Assembly: GCA_017541105.1 (NCBI GenBank)
Contig: JAFXZS010000003.1
Location: 15,631-79,630 of the forward strand
From: Clostridia bacterium
Lineage (GTDB): Bacteria > Bacillota > Clostridia > Christensenellales > Aristaeellaceae
DNA: 64,000 nucleotides
Direction: 5' to 3'
Below are positions 1-9,856 of the stretch, in pieces (within the stretch, counting starts at the first letter, position 1; each line of letters starts with the position of its first letter). The position numbers and the translations under genes were made by a program. The notes beneath the pieces are model-generated. The model saw nothing but the letters and a program-made list of their open reading frames with translations, ran no database searches and was not told where the DNA came from.

Positions 1-2
1 TG

Positions 3-2291
3 ATGTCGGTAGGCATGTTTGCCTTTGCGCTGACAGTGATGCTGACCAATCACCGTGCCATGAAGCGGCGCACAAAGGAAAGCGAAACCATGGCCAATAT
101 CGATCCCATGACAGGCGTAAAGAGCAAACACGCTTTCCTGAACAGGGAGAAGCTGATCAACGCCGCCATGGAAAAGGGAAGCATGGAAGATTACGCGGTG
201 GCGGTCTGCGATGTGAACGGCCTGAAAAGAATCAACGATACCCTCGGCCATAAAGCAGGGGATGAATATATCTGCAGCGCAAGCCGGCTCATCTGCGAGA
301 TTTTCGATCACAGCCCGGTCTACCGGATCGGCGGCGATGAGTTTGTGGTGATTCTGACCGGAAAGGATTATGAGCACCGGAAGGAACTGATGCAGACGCT
401 GCATGCCCGCTCCGCGGAAAATATCGCTTCAGACGGCGCGGTGGTTTCAGGAGGCCTTGCGGAATGCGAGCCGCCGGACACGGGTTTTCATCCCGTGTTC
501 GAACGCGCCGATGCCCGGATGTACGAGGAAAAGCAGCTGCTGAAGAGCATGGGATCCATTACCCGTGATGAAATGCCGGATGAACCGGATGAAACGGGAA
601 AAGGTTCCGCTCCGATCCTCGCAATCCGGAAGCGCATTCTGATCGCGGAAGACATCGCGATCAATCAGATGCTTCTGGGGGCTATTCTTGAGGAGGATTA
701 TGATATCCTCTATGCCGCGGACGGCGCGGAAACGCTGGAGATTCTCCAGACGGAGGAAGATCAGATCTCCCTGCTGCTGCTGGATCTGCAGATGCCGCAG
801 ATCAACGGGATTGAAGTCCTTCGAACGATGAAATCCGATCCGTCCCTGAGGGATATTCCGGTGATTGTGCTGACGGGCGATCAGGAAGCGGAAGTTGAAT
901 GCCTTAACCTGGGGGCAATCGATTTTATTCCGAAGCCGTATCCCGGCGCAGAAATCGTCAAAGCACGCGTCAGCAAGTGCATTGAACTGTCCGAAGGCCG
1001 GAACATCATTCAGTCCACGGAGCGGGACGCGCTGACCAGGCTGTTTAATGTGGATTATTTTATCCGCTACGCGGAAACCTTCGACCGGTATTATGAAGAC
1101 CTGGCGATGGATGCCGTCGTGATTGACATCAACCGCTTTCAGATCATCAATGAACGATACGGCAAGCAGTTCGGCGATGAGGTGCTTCAGCGCCTGGGTG
1201 AACTGGTCCGGCAAGCCGCACGGAACACGAGCGGAATCTGCTGCCGCCAGGGAGCGGATACTTTCCTCCTTTACTGTCCGCACAGGGAAGATTATGCCGG
1301 GATGCTGGAAGGGCTGAGCATCGGTTTCGCGGAAGACGGAAGCGATGCCGCCAAGGAAAAGGTTCACCTGCGCATGGGCATTTACTCCTGCGTGGACAAG
1401 ACACTTGATATTGAACGGCGGTTTGACCGCGCAAGGAAAGCGGCGGATTCCGTCCGTGACAGCCGTGTGGAGTCCATCGGCTTCTACGACGCAGGGATCC
1501 ATGAAATGCAGATTCACCGGGACAGGCTGCTGGAGGATTTCCGGCCCTGCCTGGAACAGAACTGCTTTAAAGTATATCTGCAGCCAAAGTACAATATCCG
1601 GCAGGACCGGCCGGTGCTGGCCAGCGCGGAGGCACTGGTGCGCTGGGTTCATCCGGAATTCGGCATGATCAGTCCGGCAGAGTTTGTTCCGCTGCTGGAG
1701 GAAAGCGGGCTGATTCAGGAACTGGACACCTTTGTCTGGGAACATACCGCGGAACAGATCCACTTCTGGAAGGACCATCTCGGGCGTTCCATTCCCGTTT
1801 CAGTGAATGTTTCGCGGATTGATATGCTGGCAACAAACCTGAAGGAAATCCTTACCCATATTCTGGAAACCTATCAGCTGGAGCCTTCCGATCTGATCCT
1901 GGAGGTTACGGAATCTGCTTATACCGGCAGTTCGGATCCGGTGATTTCCATGGCCAGAGAGCTGCGCGAGACCGGGTTTATGATTGAGATGGACGACTTC
2001 GGCACAGGGTATTCCTCCCTCGGTATGCTGAACCATCTTCCCATCGACGCGCTGAAGCTGGATATGAGCTTCGTCCGCACTGCCTTTGCCGGAAAAGTGC
2101 ATGATGTCCGGATTATTCAGCTGATTCTTGATATCGCACAGTATCTGCATGTTCCCGTGATTGCGGAGGGAGTGGAAACCGAGGAACAGCTGCGAGCCCT
2201 GAAGGAACTGGGGTGCGATATTGCTCAGGGGTATTATTTTTCCAAACCCATTCCCCGGGAAGAGTTTGAACGCTTTTTCCGGAACAATTGA
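3..2291 (+). CDS. GGDEF-REC-degenerate GGDEF-EAL c-di-GMP signalling protein (probably 5'-truncated by window edge)
   Basis: RIGGDEF motif; receiver domain (ILIAED...LLLDLQMP...FIPKP); second GGDEF-like domain with RQGADTF; EAL domain (AEALVRW, DDFGTGYSSL, AEGVET). Frame is open at the window start and begins in a hydrophobic segment. Confidence 0.9.
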   Translation: MSVGMFAFALTVMLTNHRAMKRRTKESETMANIDPMTGVKSKHAFLNREKLINAAMEKGSMEDYAVAVCDVNGLKRINDTLGHKAGDEYICSASRLICEIFDHSPVYRIGGDEFVVILTGKDYEHRKELMQTLHARSAENIASDGAVVSGGLAECEPPDTGFHPVFERADARMYEEKQLLKSMGSITRDEMPDEPDETGKGSAPILAIRKRILIAEDIAINQMLLGAILEEDYDILYAADGAETLEILQTEEDQISLLLLDLQMPQINGIEVLRTMKSDPSLRDIPVIVLTGDQEAEVECLNLGAIDFIPKPYPGAEIVKARVSKCIELSEGRNIIQSTERDALTRLFNVDYFIRYAETFDRYYEDLAMDAVVIDINRFQIINERYGKQFGDEVLQRLGELVRQAARNTSGICCRQGADTFLLYCPHREDYAGMLEGLSIGFAEDGSDAAKEKVHLRMGIYSCVDKTLDIERRFDRARKAADSVRDSRVESIGFYDAGIHEMQIHRDRLLEDFRPCLEQNCFKVYLQPKYNIRQDRPVLASAEALVRWVHPEFGMISPAEFVPLLEESGLIQELDTFVWEHTAEQIHFWKDHLGRSIPVSVNVSRIDMLATNLKEILTHILETYQLEPSDLILEVTESAYTGSSDPVISMARELRETGFMIEMDDFGTGYSSLGMLNHLPIDALKLDMSFVRTAFAGKVHDVRIIQLILDIAQYLHVPVIAEGVETEEQLRALKELGCDIAQGYYFSKPIPREEFERFFRNN

Positions 2292-2294
2292 AGC

Positions 2295-2323
2295 TTGTCA
2301 AACAGGAGAATCAAACATATAAT
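2295..2323 (+). promoter_or_regulatory. sigma-A promoter of pgm operon
   Basis: TTGTCA (2295-2300), 17 nt, TATAAT (2318-2323), upstream of pgm. Confidence 0.7.
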
Positions 2324-2367
2324 GAAATTAACTTCATACCAAGATGATAAGAAAGGCGGTTGGAGCA

Positions 2368-4086
2368 ATGACGATCCGGGAAAACTATGAAAAATGGCTG
2401 ACAGATTTTGCCGCGGATGAGGAAACGGTTCGGGAACTGGAATCCATTCGGAAAAATGATCAGGAGCTAGAGGATCGCTTCTATACGGAGCTGAGCTTCG
2501 GAACAGCCGGCATGCGCGGCGTTCTGGGCGCCGGAATGAACCGGATGAACAAATATAACGTGCGGCGGGCGACAAAAGGCCTGGCCGGATACCTGCTTGA
2601 AAAACCGGAGGAAGCAAAGCGCGGAGTGGTGATCGCCTACGACAGCCGCCGCTGCAGCGCGGAATTCGCGAAGGATACGGCGCTGACGCTGTGCGCGGAA
2701 GGTGTTCCCGCCTTTCTGTTTGACGCGCTGCGCCCGGTGCCGATCCTGAGCTTTGCAGTACGCCATCTGCACGCAATAGCCGGCATCGTGATTACGGCAA
2801 GCCATAATCCGCCCCAGTACAACGGGTACAAGGTGTACGGTGAAGACGGCGCCCAGGTGGGCCCGGAAATCGCCGAGGGCATCACCCGTGTCATCCGTGC
2901 CACGGAATATACGGACTGCCGGCTGATGAATGAGGATGATGCCCTGCGCAAAGGGCTGCTGAAGTATATCGGCAACCGTGAAGTCGATGATGACTACATT
3001 GCCCAGGTGAAAACGCTGAGCATCAATCCGGAACTGCTGAAGAACGAAGGAAGCAAGCTGAATATCGTGTATACGCCCCTGCACGGCAGCGGCAATGTGC
3101 CGGTACGCCGCCTGCTGAAGGAGATCGGGCTGACCAATGTGGCCGTGGTGAAGGAACAGGAGATGCCGGATCCCAATTTCAGCACGATCAAGGTGCCGAA
3201 TCCGGAGGATCCGGGCGCTTACGAACTTGCTTTCAAGCTCGCGGCGGAAGTCGGCGCCAGTGTGATCTTCGCGACCGACCCGGATTGCGACCGGCTGGGG
3301 GTTGCTGTCAAGGACGGGCAGGGAGAATGGCATCTGCTGAGCGGAAACCAGATCGGCTGTGTGATGCTGCACTATATTCTGAGCAGCCTGAAAAAGGCAG
3401 GCAAGCTGCCGAAGGACGGCGCGGCCGTGAAGAGCATCGTTTCCACCAGCCTGGCCAACCGTATCTGCGAGAGCTTTGGTGTGAGCATCTTTGAGACACT
3501 GACGGGCTTTAAGTTTATCGGAGAGAAAATCCAGCAGTTCATGGACCATGGAGATCATACCTTCCTGTTCGGCTTTGAGGAAAGTTACGGTTTCCTGAGC
3601 AGTACGTTTGTACGGGACAAAGACGGCGTAAATGCCAGCCTGCTGATCAGCGAAGTCGCGTGCGCCTGCATGGCAGAGGGCATTACCCTCTACGACAGGG
3701 TGCAGGAGATTTTCCGGGAATACGGGTATTATGTGGAAAAGGTGGTTTCCACTACGCTGCCGGGCAAGGACGGCCTCACCCGGATGAAGGAGATCATGGC
3801 CGGGCTGCGGGCGGAGCCTCCCAAGGAAATCGCCGGGCTGAAAGTGACTGCGGTCAGGGACTACCTGAAGGGCGTCCGTACCGCGGACGGACGCGAGGAA
3901 CCCACCGGACTGCCAGTCTCCGACGTCCTGTATTTTGAACTGGAAAAAGGGTGCTGGGTGTGCGTACGTCCTTCCGGCACAGAACCTAAAATCAAGCTTT
4001 ACGTCAACAGCAACGACAGGGACCAGAAAGAGGCCGAAGCGCTGAACGATAAGCTGTGCGAAGCCAGCAAGGCGCTGATGGCATAA
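2368..4086 (+). CDS. pgm: phosphoglucomutase/phosphomannomutase (alpha-D-phosphohexomutase)
   Basis: FGTAGMRG, catalytic TASHNP, metal-binding DPDCDR, FEESYG and RPSGTEPKIK motifs. Confidence 0.93.
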   Translation: MTIRENYEKWLTDFAADEETVRELESIRKNDQELEDRFYTELSFGTAGMRGVLGAGMNRMNKYNVRRATKGLAGYLLEKPEEAKRGVVIAYDSRRCSAEFAKDTALTLCAEGVPAFLFDALRPVPILSFAVRHLHAIAGIVITASHNPPQYNGYKVYGEDGAQVGPEIAEGITRVIRATEYTDCRLMNEDDALRKGLLKYIGNREVDDDYIAQVKTLSINPELLKNEGSKLNIVYTPLHGSGNVPVRRLLKEIGLTNVAVVKEQEMPDPNFSTIKVPNPEDPGAYELAFKLAAEVGASVIFATDPDCDRLGVAVKDGQGEWHLLSGNQIGCVMLHYILSSLKKAGKLPKDGAAVKSIVSTSLANRICESFGVSIFETLTGFKFIGEKIQQFMDHGDHTFLFGFEESYGFLSSTFVRDKDGVNASLLISEVACACMAEGITLYDRVQEIFREYGYYVEKVVSTTLPGKDGLTRMKEIMAGLRAEPPKEIAGLKVTAVRDYLKGVRTADGREEPTGLPVSDVLYFELEKGCWVCVRPSGTEPKIKLYVNSNDRDQKEAEALNDKLCEASKALMA

Positions 4087-4126
4087 CAAATCCCGGGCGG
4101 CAGATCCCGGAAACGGAGGAGCTCTT

Positions 4127-5167
4127 ATGTTCGGACGGATGATGAATAACTACTATTACGGGAAGAGCGGGAAAGGCGATTTCCGGAAGGATGACATGCC
4201 GGAAACCCGGATGCAGCTGTTCTGGGATACACTGCGGACACGGCTGAGCGGCTTGTGCCGGCTGAATCTGATCTACATGATCATCTGGATTCCCGCTTTA
4301 CTGGTGATCCTGTTTTCCGGCAGCGAGCTTTACTCCAATCTGACAGCCTACGTGATGATCCAGGAGAATGACTACACCGCATATGTGGAGCGGATTACGG
4401 AAGCGGAGGGCGAGGTCCGCCTGACGGAAGAGCAGTATAACGAGATCAAGGCACAGGAAGTCGATCTTGCCGATTATCTGCGCGGCGCCTTTTTCCGAAT
4501 GCTGCTGATGCTTTTCCCCTGCATTGCCATCACCGGGCCGTTTACTGCCGGAATCAGTTATGTGACACGCAACTGGGCCCGGGACGAACATGCTTTCATC
4601 TGGTCGGATTTCAAGGATGCGGTAAAAGCCAACTGGAAGTATCCCCTGGTGCTGAGCACCATCACGGGAGCAATGCCGTTGCTGGTATTCCAGGGGTGGA
4701 TTACCTACGGGCAGATGGCCGAGAACAACATGATTCTGATGGTACCGCGCATCCTTGTGGTCCTGGTGGGCATGATCTGGGCCATCAGCATTACCTACAT
4801 GCATCCGCTGACGGTGACCTATGACCTGAAGCTGATGAATGTGATGAGAAACGGCTTCCTTCTGGGAATTGCCAGGCTGCCGTTCAGCGTAGGGATCCGG
4901 CTGCTGCACTGCATCCCCTTTCTGATTGCGGCTGCAGCGGTATGGTTCTTCGGGCTGGAACTTATGATGGGCATGGTTCTGCTGGCCGGCTATTACATGA
5001 TCATCGGGTTCGGGCTGAGCCGTTTTGTGACTGCCAGCTACACCAACGCCGTATTTGACCGGTTTATCAACCCAAGGATTGAAGGCGCAAAAGTGAACCA
5101 GGGCCTGAGAGAACCTGAAGAGGATGACGAGGAAGAGCCGGAAGAGACAAAGGAAGAGACGGATTAA
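4127..5167 (+). CDS. YesL/DUF624-like integral membrane protein
   Basis: Several hydrophobic helices; GPFTAGISYVTRNWARDE..IWSDFKDAVKANWK is typical of DUF624; GGAGG RBS. Confidence 0.7.
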   Translation: MFGRMMNNYYYGKSGKGDFRKDDMPETRMQLFWDTLRTRLSGLCRLNLIYMIIWIPALLVILFSGSELYSNLTAYVMIQENDYTAYVERITEAEGEVRLTEEQYNEIKAQEVDLADYLRGAFFRMLLMLFPCIAITGPFTAGISYVTRNWARDEHAFIWSDFKDAVKANWKYPLVLSTITGAMPLLVFQGWITYGQMAENNMILMVPRILVVLVGMIWAISITYMHPLTVTYDLKLMNVMRNGFLLGIARLPFSVGIRLLHCIPFLIAAAAVWFFGLELMMGMVLLAGYYMIIGFGLSRFVTASYTNAVFDRFINPRIEGAKVNQGLREPEEDDEEEPEETKEETD

Positions 5168-5172
5168 TCAGT

Positions 5173-5919
5173 ATGTATCAGGCATTTGCCGAATTGTATG
5201 ATGAACTGATGAGCGACGTGGACTATGAAAGCTGGGCGGATTATTATACCCGCCTGCTTTCGATTTATGGCGTGCGTGAAGGGAAAATCTGCGAATGCGC
5301 CTGCGGAACCGGAGGGCTGACGATCCCTCTTTACCGGCGTGGATTTCAGATGACCGGCGTGGACCTGAGCCAGGAAATGCTGTGGCAGGCGGCCCAGAAA
5401 TCCAGGAAGCAGGGAATCGCGATGCCCTTTGTCCGGCAGGACATGCGCGCACTGAATCTGCACCGCCCCATGGACGCGGTGCTGGCTACCTGTGACGGAG
5501 TCAACTATCTGCTGACAGAAGAGGATCTGCTGAGTTTTTTCCGTGCTGCCTACCGATCTGTGCGCCCCGGCGGAGCACTTGTTTTTGATGTGTCCACCCC
5601 GTATAAGCTGAAGAATATCCTCTGCAACGGGCTGCTGGGGGAGGACCGGGAGGATATTACCTATCTGTGGCAGAACAGCTGGAATGAGAAACGGCAGACG
5701 GTGATGCTGGATCTGTGCTTCTTTGTCAGGGAGGAAGACGGACGCTACCGCCGGATGGAGGAGCATCAGCGCCAGCGTGCCTGGGATCAGAAAACCCTGA
5801 AGGAAACGTTATGGCGTGCGGGATTCCGGGCCGTCAGCCTGTACGGTGATTACACGCTGAATACAGCGAGGGAAGAGAACCAACGGTGGCATATCGCCGC
5901 TACCCGGGGAGAGGAATGA
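5173..5919 (+). CDS. class I SAM-dependent methyltransferase
   Basis: YQAFAELYDELM N-terminus, ECACGTG motif I, GVDLSQEML, RPGGALVFD. Confidence 0.88.
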   Translation: MYQAFAELYDELMSDVDYESWADYYTRLLSIYGVREGKICECACGTGGLTIPLYRRGFQMTGVDLSQEMLWQAAQKSRKQGIAMPFVRQDMRALNLHRPMDAVLATCDGVNYLLTEEDLLSFFRAAYRSVRPGGALVFDVSTPYKLKNILCNGLLGEDREDITYLWQNSWNEKRQTVMLDLCFFVREEDGRYRRMEEHQRQRAWDQKTLKETLWRAGFRAVSLYGDYTLNTAREENQRWHIAATRGEE

Positions 5920-6827
5920 GCATCATGGCAGACAGGGATGAAATGCTTCAGATTGATCTGTGCGAAGGGCAGGTCCGTGTCATGCTGTGCGAGACAACAG
6001 CAACGGTTCAGCGGTGCGCGGATATACACGGAAGCACACCGGTCTGCACCGCTGCACTGGGCCGCCTGATGACAGGAACACTGATGCTGGGAATCATGAT
6101 GAAGGGGGACGATGAATCCGTCACGGTTACGCTGAAGGGAGACGGCCCTATGGGCTCTCTGGTGGCGGTGGCAGATCACGGCCATGTGAAAGCCTGTGCC
6201 GACGACCCGCGGGTGGATCTTGCTCCGCGGGAGGACGGAAAACTGGACGTGGGAAGCGCTGTCGGCCGCCACGGCCGGATGAGCGTGATCAAGGATCTGG
6301 GACTGAAGAAGAACTATATCGGCCAGAGCGAACTGGTCAGCGGCGAGATCGCCATGGATTTTGCCAACTATTTCACGGTTTCCGAACAGCAGCCGAGCCT
6401 GGTTGCCCTGGGGGTGCTGGTGAGCGGGGAAACGGTCCTGAAAGCCGGCGGGCTCCTGATCCAGCCGCTGCCCGGATGCCCGGATGAGGTGATTGATCAG
6501 CTGGAACTGCGCAGTCCCATGTTTGCGGATATCAGCCGGGAAATGACCTATGCCCCGATTGAACAGCTTTGCAGGGACTGGTTTCAGGGCATGAATCCGA
6601 AGATTCTGGAACGGACACCGCTGGATTACCGATGCACCTGCAGCCGGGAACGGATGGAGAAAGCCCTGATTTCCCTGGGAACAAAGGATTTGCAGAGCCT
6701 GATTGACGAGGACCAGGGAGCGGAGCTGGTATGTCACTTCTGCCATGGGAAATACAAGTTCAGCACGGAAGAACTCAGGGAACTGATGCGCAACGCGGTG
6801 AAGAAGGGAGAAGCGGAGCCGGAATGA
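5916..6827 (+). CDS. hslO: Hsp33 redox-regulated chaperone
   Basis: ALGRLMT, GDGPMG, SELVSGEIAMDFANYFTVSEQQPS and C-terminal CTC...CHFC zinc motif. Start is 5916 or 5925. Confidence 0.93.
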   Translation: MSIMADRDEMLQIDLCEGQVRVMLCETTATVQRCADIHGSTPVCTAALGRLMTGTLMLGIMMKGDDESVTVTLKGDGPMGSLVAVADHGHVKACADDPRVDLAPREDGKLDVGSAVGRHGRMSVIKDLGLKKNYIGQSELVSGEIAMDFANYFTVSEQQPSLVALGVLVSGETVLKAGGLLIQPLPGCPDEVIDQLELRSPMFADISREMTYAPIEQLCRDWFQGMNPKILERTPLDYRCTCSRERMEKALISLGTKDLQSLIDEDQGAELVCHFCHGKYKFSTEELRELMRNAVKKGEAEPE

Positions 6828-7660
6828 AACTGCCGATTGTAAATTTTGACGAGCATTTCGCGGAGTTCACCTCCGAATGGATGAAACAGCATCAGGAAGA
6901 ATACCGCAATTTTGACGAGATGGAAGCGGACATGCCGCGGATTTACATGACCTTCCTGAATACGCGGGCCAAATGGCTGGGAAGTGTGACACCCGGTTCT
7001 TACTTTACGCAATTTGAGGATCCCAAGGTACTGGTGGACTGGATGCATGAGTACTGCCGGGAGTGCGTCCCGCTGCCGGAACCGCTGCTGGAGCAAATAA
7101 CTTTTGTGGGTAAACCCTGTGAAAAGCGACTGCTGGAGCTGCTGAAGGATGAGGACGCGGAAGAAGAGGCCCGGATGACGGCTGTCGAGCTTCTGCGGGA
7201 GATGGAAAGCACTCTGCCAAAGATGCTGTACATCCAGTGGCAGCTGAACCGTGCTCCGAAGGATGATCTGAAAGACAATGCCCTGGAGAGCCTGAATGAG
7301 ATGGGAGAGTGCGTCGTACAGCCCATTTTGCAGGTGCTGGGACAGGCGAATGAATCCGGCCAGGAGGCATTTCTGGAGGTGCTGAGCCATTATCCGTTCC
7401 AGGAGCAAACCTTCCGGCTTGCGCTGAAACTGTTCCGGGAGAGAACCGAACGCCGTGCCCTGTTTGCCGGATATCTCGCGAAACTGGGAGATGACCGGGC
7501 TCTGCCGGATCTGCTCGAAGCAGTGAAGGATCCGAAAATACCGTACCTGACCTTTATTGAAATCCGGAATGCCATTGAGGAACTCGGCGGAGTCTGCCCG
7601 GAAAGGGAATATGACGACGATCCGGAATACGAAGCATTGCGGGATCTGGACAGAACCTGA
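6824..7660 (+). CDS. hypothetical alpha-helical HEAT/PBS-lyase-like repeat protein
   Basis: ATGA overlap with hslO stop; helical repeats such as LAKLGDDRALPDLLEAV and IRNAIEELGG. Confidence 0.65.
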   Translation: MKLPIVNFDEHFAEFTSEWMKQHQEEYRNFDEMEADMPRIYMTFLNTRAKWLGSVTPGSYFTQFEDPKVLVDWMHEYCRECVPLPEPLLEQITFVGKPCEKRLLELLKDEDAEEEARMTAVELLREMESTLPKMLYIQWQLNRAPKDDLKDNALESLNEMGECVVQPILQVLGQANESGQEAFLEVLSHYPFQEQTFRLALKLFRERTERRALFAGYLAKLGDDRALPDLLEAVKDPKIPYLTFIEIRNAIEELGGVCPEREYDDDPEYEALRDLDRT

Positions 7661-7676
7661 GAAAAGGAGAACGGGA

Positions 7677-9596
7677 ATGCTGTGTCCGAGATGCGGATTT
7701 TATGCCGAGCAGGATGAGAATGTATGTCCGGACTGCGGGGAGATCCTGCGCAGCAAATCTTCCGGCCGTGAGGAAAAAGGCGTCCAGGCAATCCGGCAGG
7801 GGAAGCGTGCCCGGGAAGCTGCCAAAGCCCGGCCCGCTGAGAAAAAAGCAGCTCCGGAGAAAAAGGCACGAAGACGTCCCGGCGCCCATCGCACATCCTC
7901 TGACACCATCGAAATGCCTTCCGTCAGTGATACCCGGGAGGGCAGCGCCGAAAGCGGCGCGGAAGGAAAAGACGAACCCGGCCCGATATTTGAAAGAAGA
8001 CAGCGAAACGTATACGACGAGGACGCGGACGAAGAAAAGGCCCGGCGTTACATGGCGGCTCACGGAGACGGATCCAGGCGCCGCATGGTCAACTGGATGA
8101 AGCTTACGCTGATCGGTACTGCGGCAGGAATCATCCTGCTGGCCGGCGGATGGCTTTTCCTGAAAAAAACAGACGCCGGGCAGCGGATTATGGCACGGTT
8201 GGGGCAGAAAGCATCCTCCGCAGCCCTGTGGGCCGTGGGCGATGAGCTGATGGACAGCGGGAACATTGATCGGGCAATTCGGTGCTTCGAAAAGGCAAAA
8301 GCCCAGGATAATGAAGAAGGCATGGTGGATGTGGACGGCCTTCTTCTGCTGGGCAATGCCTATGAAGCGGCAGGGAGGATGGAAGATGCCGCGGAGCTGT
8401 ACGAGGAGATCTACACCAAGACGCCTTCCCGGTCGGAGGCTTATGTCAATCATATCCGGATTCTTCAGAGCAGCGGAGACCAGAAGGACCTGGTCAAGGC
8501 CGGAGAACTGATGAAAACCGCGTATGAGCAGACCCGGGACAGTACTTTTCAGACACAGCGGAACGATTTGCTGCCCAGCCCTCCGCAGGTCAGCCTGACA
8601 GCCGGATACTATGAGACAAAAAAGACGCTGTATTTCAGTTCCTACCAGGGCTTTGATGTATATTACACATTCGACGATGAGGCAATCCTTCCCGCAGGCG
8701 GAACGCTGGCCACAGAGGAGGGTGTAACGCTGGATGAGGGAATCTACAGCATGCGCGCGGTGGCTGTGAACGGCGAGCTGGTATCCGATGAACTGCACGG
8801 CACCTACAAGATCATCATGCCTTCCCCGCAGACTCCCCGGGCAACCCTGGCGCCCAATACCTACAAGACCAGCCAGCGTGTCCGCCTGAAGCCCGGCCTG
8901 GATGACGAGAAGGATACGAGCATTGTGATTTATTATACGATCGACGGATCCGTTCCGGATTCGGACAGCCCCATTTTCAACGGGGATCCCATTCTGCTTC
9001 CGAACGGATGGGTGACCCTGAAAGCCTATGCGGTCAACCGATACCGCAAACTGTCCAACATGCTGGAGGTCAAATATAAAATCGACGCGAATCCGAAACC
9101 CAAGAGCGTTTTTTCTGCCGAAGACACCATCGACAAACTGCAGATCAACCAGACGAGCCAGCTGGAATTCCTGGAGACATACGGGGAAGGGACCGCGTCC
9201 GGTTCGGTGGAGATGGAAGGGTTCGATACGGAATGCAAACGGTATGAGTATCCCTGGGGCTATGCGGTCATGAATCTGGTCAAGAGAAGCTGGGTCCTTG
9301 TGGAAGTATACTTCCAGGAGGCCGGTGCACTGACCGGGCCCCGCGGAACCCAGATCGGGGATACAGCGGATTTTGTGGTGGATAAATTCCGGGATATGCA
9401 GCAGGTGAAAAGCAAGAGCGGAAACCGGGGACTGTATGCTACGGATAAAGGAGAAACCGGGAAAATCTGGGCCCAGGAGAACGATGAACAAATCATCCGG
9501 TACCGCTATGCCGCGGAAAGCCATTGGATTCAGCTGGAATACCGGGTAAACGCCCAGAACACAGTGTCAAGCATCGACATGAAATATATTCCCTGA
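7677..9596 (+). CDS. membrane protein: N-terminal zinc ribbon, TM helix, TPR region, two Fn3-associated/CHB_HEX_C-like domains
   Basis: CPRC...CPDC at the N-terminus; TM LTLIGTAAGIILLAGGWLFL; TPR-like LLLGNAYEAAGRMEDAAELYEE; VYYTFDD and IYYTIDGSVP motifs; AGGAG RBS. Confidence 0.75.
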   Translation: MLCPRCGFYAEQDENVCPDCGEILRSKSSGREEKGVQAIRQGKRAREAAKARPAEKKAAPEKKARRRPGAHRTSSDTIEMPSVSDTREGSAESGAEGKDEPGPIFERRQRNVYDEDADEEKARRYMAAHGDGSRRRMVNWMKLTLIGTAAGIILLAGGWLFLKKTDAGQRIMARLGQKASSAALWAVGDELMDSGNIDRAIRCFEKAKAQDNEEGMVDVDGLLLLGNAYEAAGRMEDAAELYEEIYTKTPSRSEAYVNHIRILQSSGDQKDLVKAGELMKTAYEQTRDSTFQTQRNDLLPSPPQVSLTAGYYETKKTLYFSSYQGFDVYYTFDDEAILPAGGTLATEEGVTLDEGIYSMRAVAVNGELVSDELHGTYKIIMPSPQTPRATLAPNTYKTSQRVRLKPGLDDEKDTSIVIYYTIDGSVPDSDSPIFNGDPILLPNGWVTLKAYAVNRYRKLSNMLEVKYKIDANPKPKSVFSAEDTIDKLQINQTSQLEFLETYGEGTASGSVEMEGFDTECKRYEYPWGYAVMNLVKRSWVLVEVYFQEAGALTGPRGTQIGDTADFVVDKFRDMQQVKSKSGNRGLYATDKGETGKIWAQENDEQIIRYRYAAESHWIQLEYRVNAQNTVSSIDMKYIP

Positions 9597-9622
9597 CGAT
9601 CCGAATCAGAGGATCGTCAGGG
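9591..9622. terminator. hairpin between convergent genes (likely bidirectional terminator)
   Basis: CCCTGACGATCC-gaatcaga-GGATCGTCAGGG, a perfect 12-bp stem containing both stop codons. Confidence 0.6.
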
Positions 9623-9856
9623 ATTCCCGAACAGCGTGCAGCCCATTTCCCGGAACTGGCGGATTTTTTCACGAAGGTCTTCTTCGGAGACATCAAAGTG
9701 AGAAGCCAGGCAGGTGAGGCAATAAAAATGCGAGGCGCCGCGGTTAATCAGCTTTCTGGTCAGGGCAATTTCATCTCCGGAAAGCAGGCGGCCGCACTGC
9801 AAACAGGCCGGCAGAATCCTGCCGGCCTGTTCATGCTGCTCAATCCTGTTACACAC
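9617..9856 (-). CDS. small CxxC...CxxC putative zinc-binding protein
   Basis: 79 aa, CLQC...CLTC, C-terminal GCTLF; overlaps the GH27 stop by 8 nt. Confidence 0.7.
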   Translation of the reverse strand: MCNRIEQHEQAGRILPACLQCGRLLSGDEIALTRKLINRGASHFYCLTCLASHFDVSEEDLREKIRQFREMGCTLFGNP

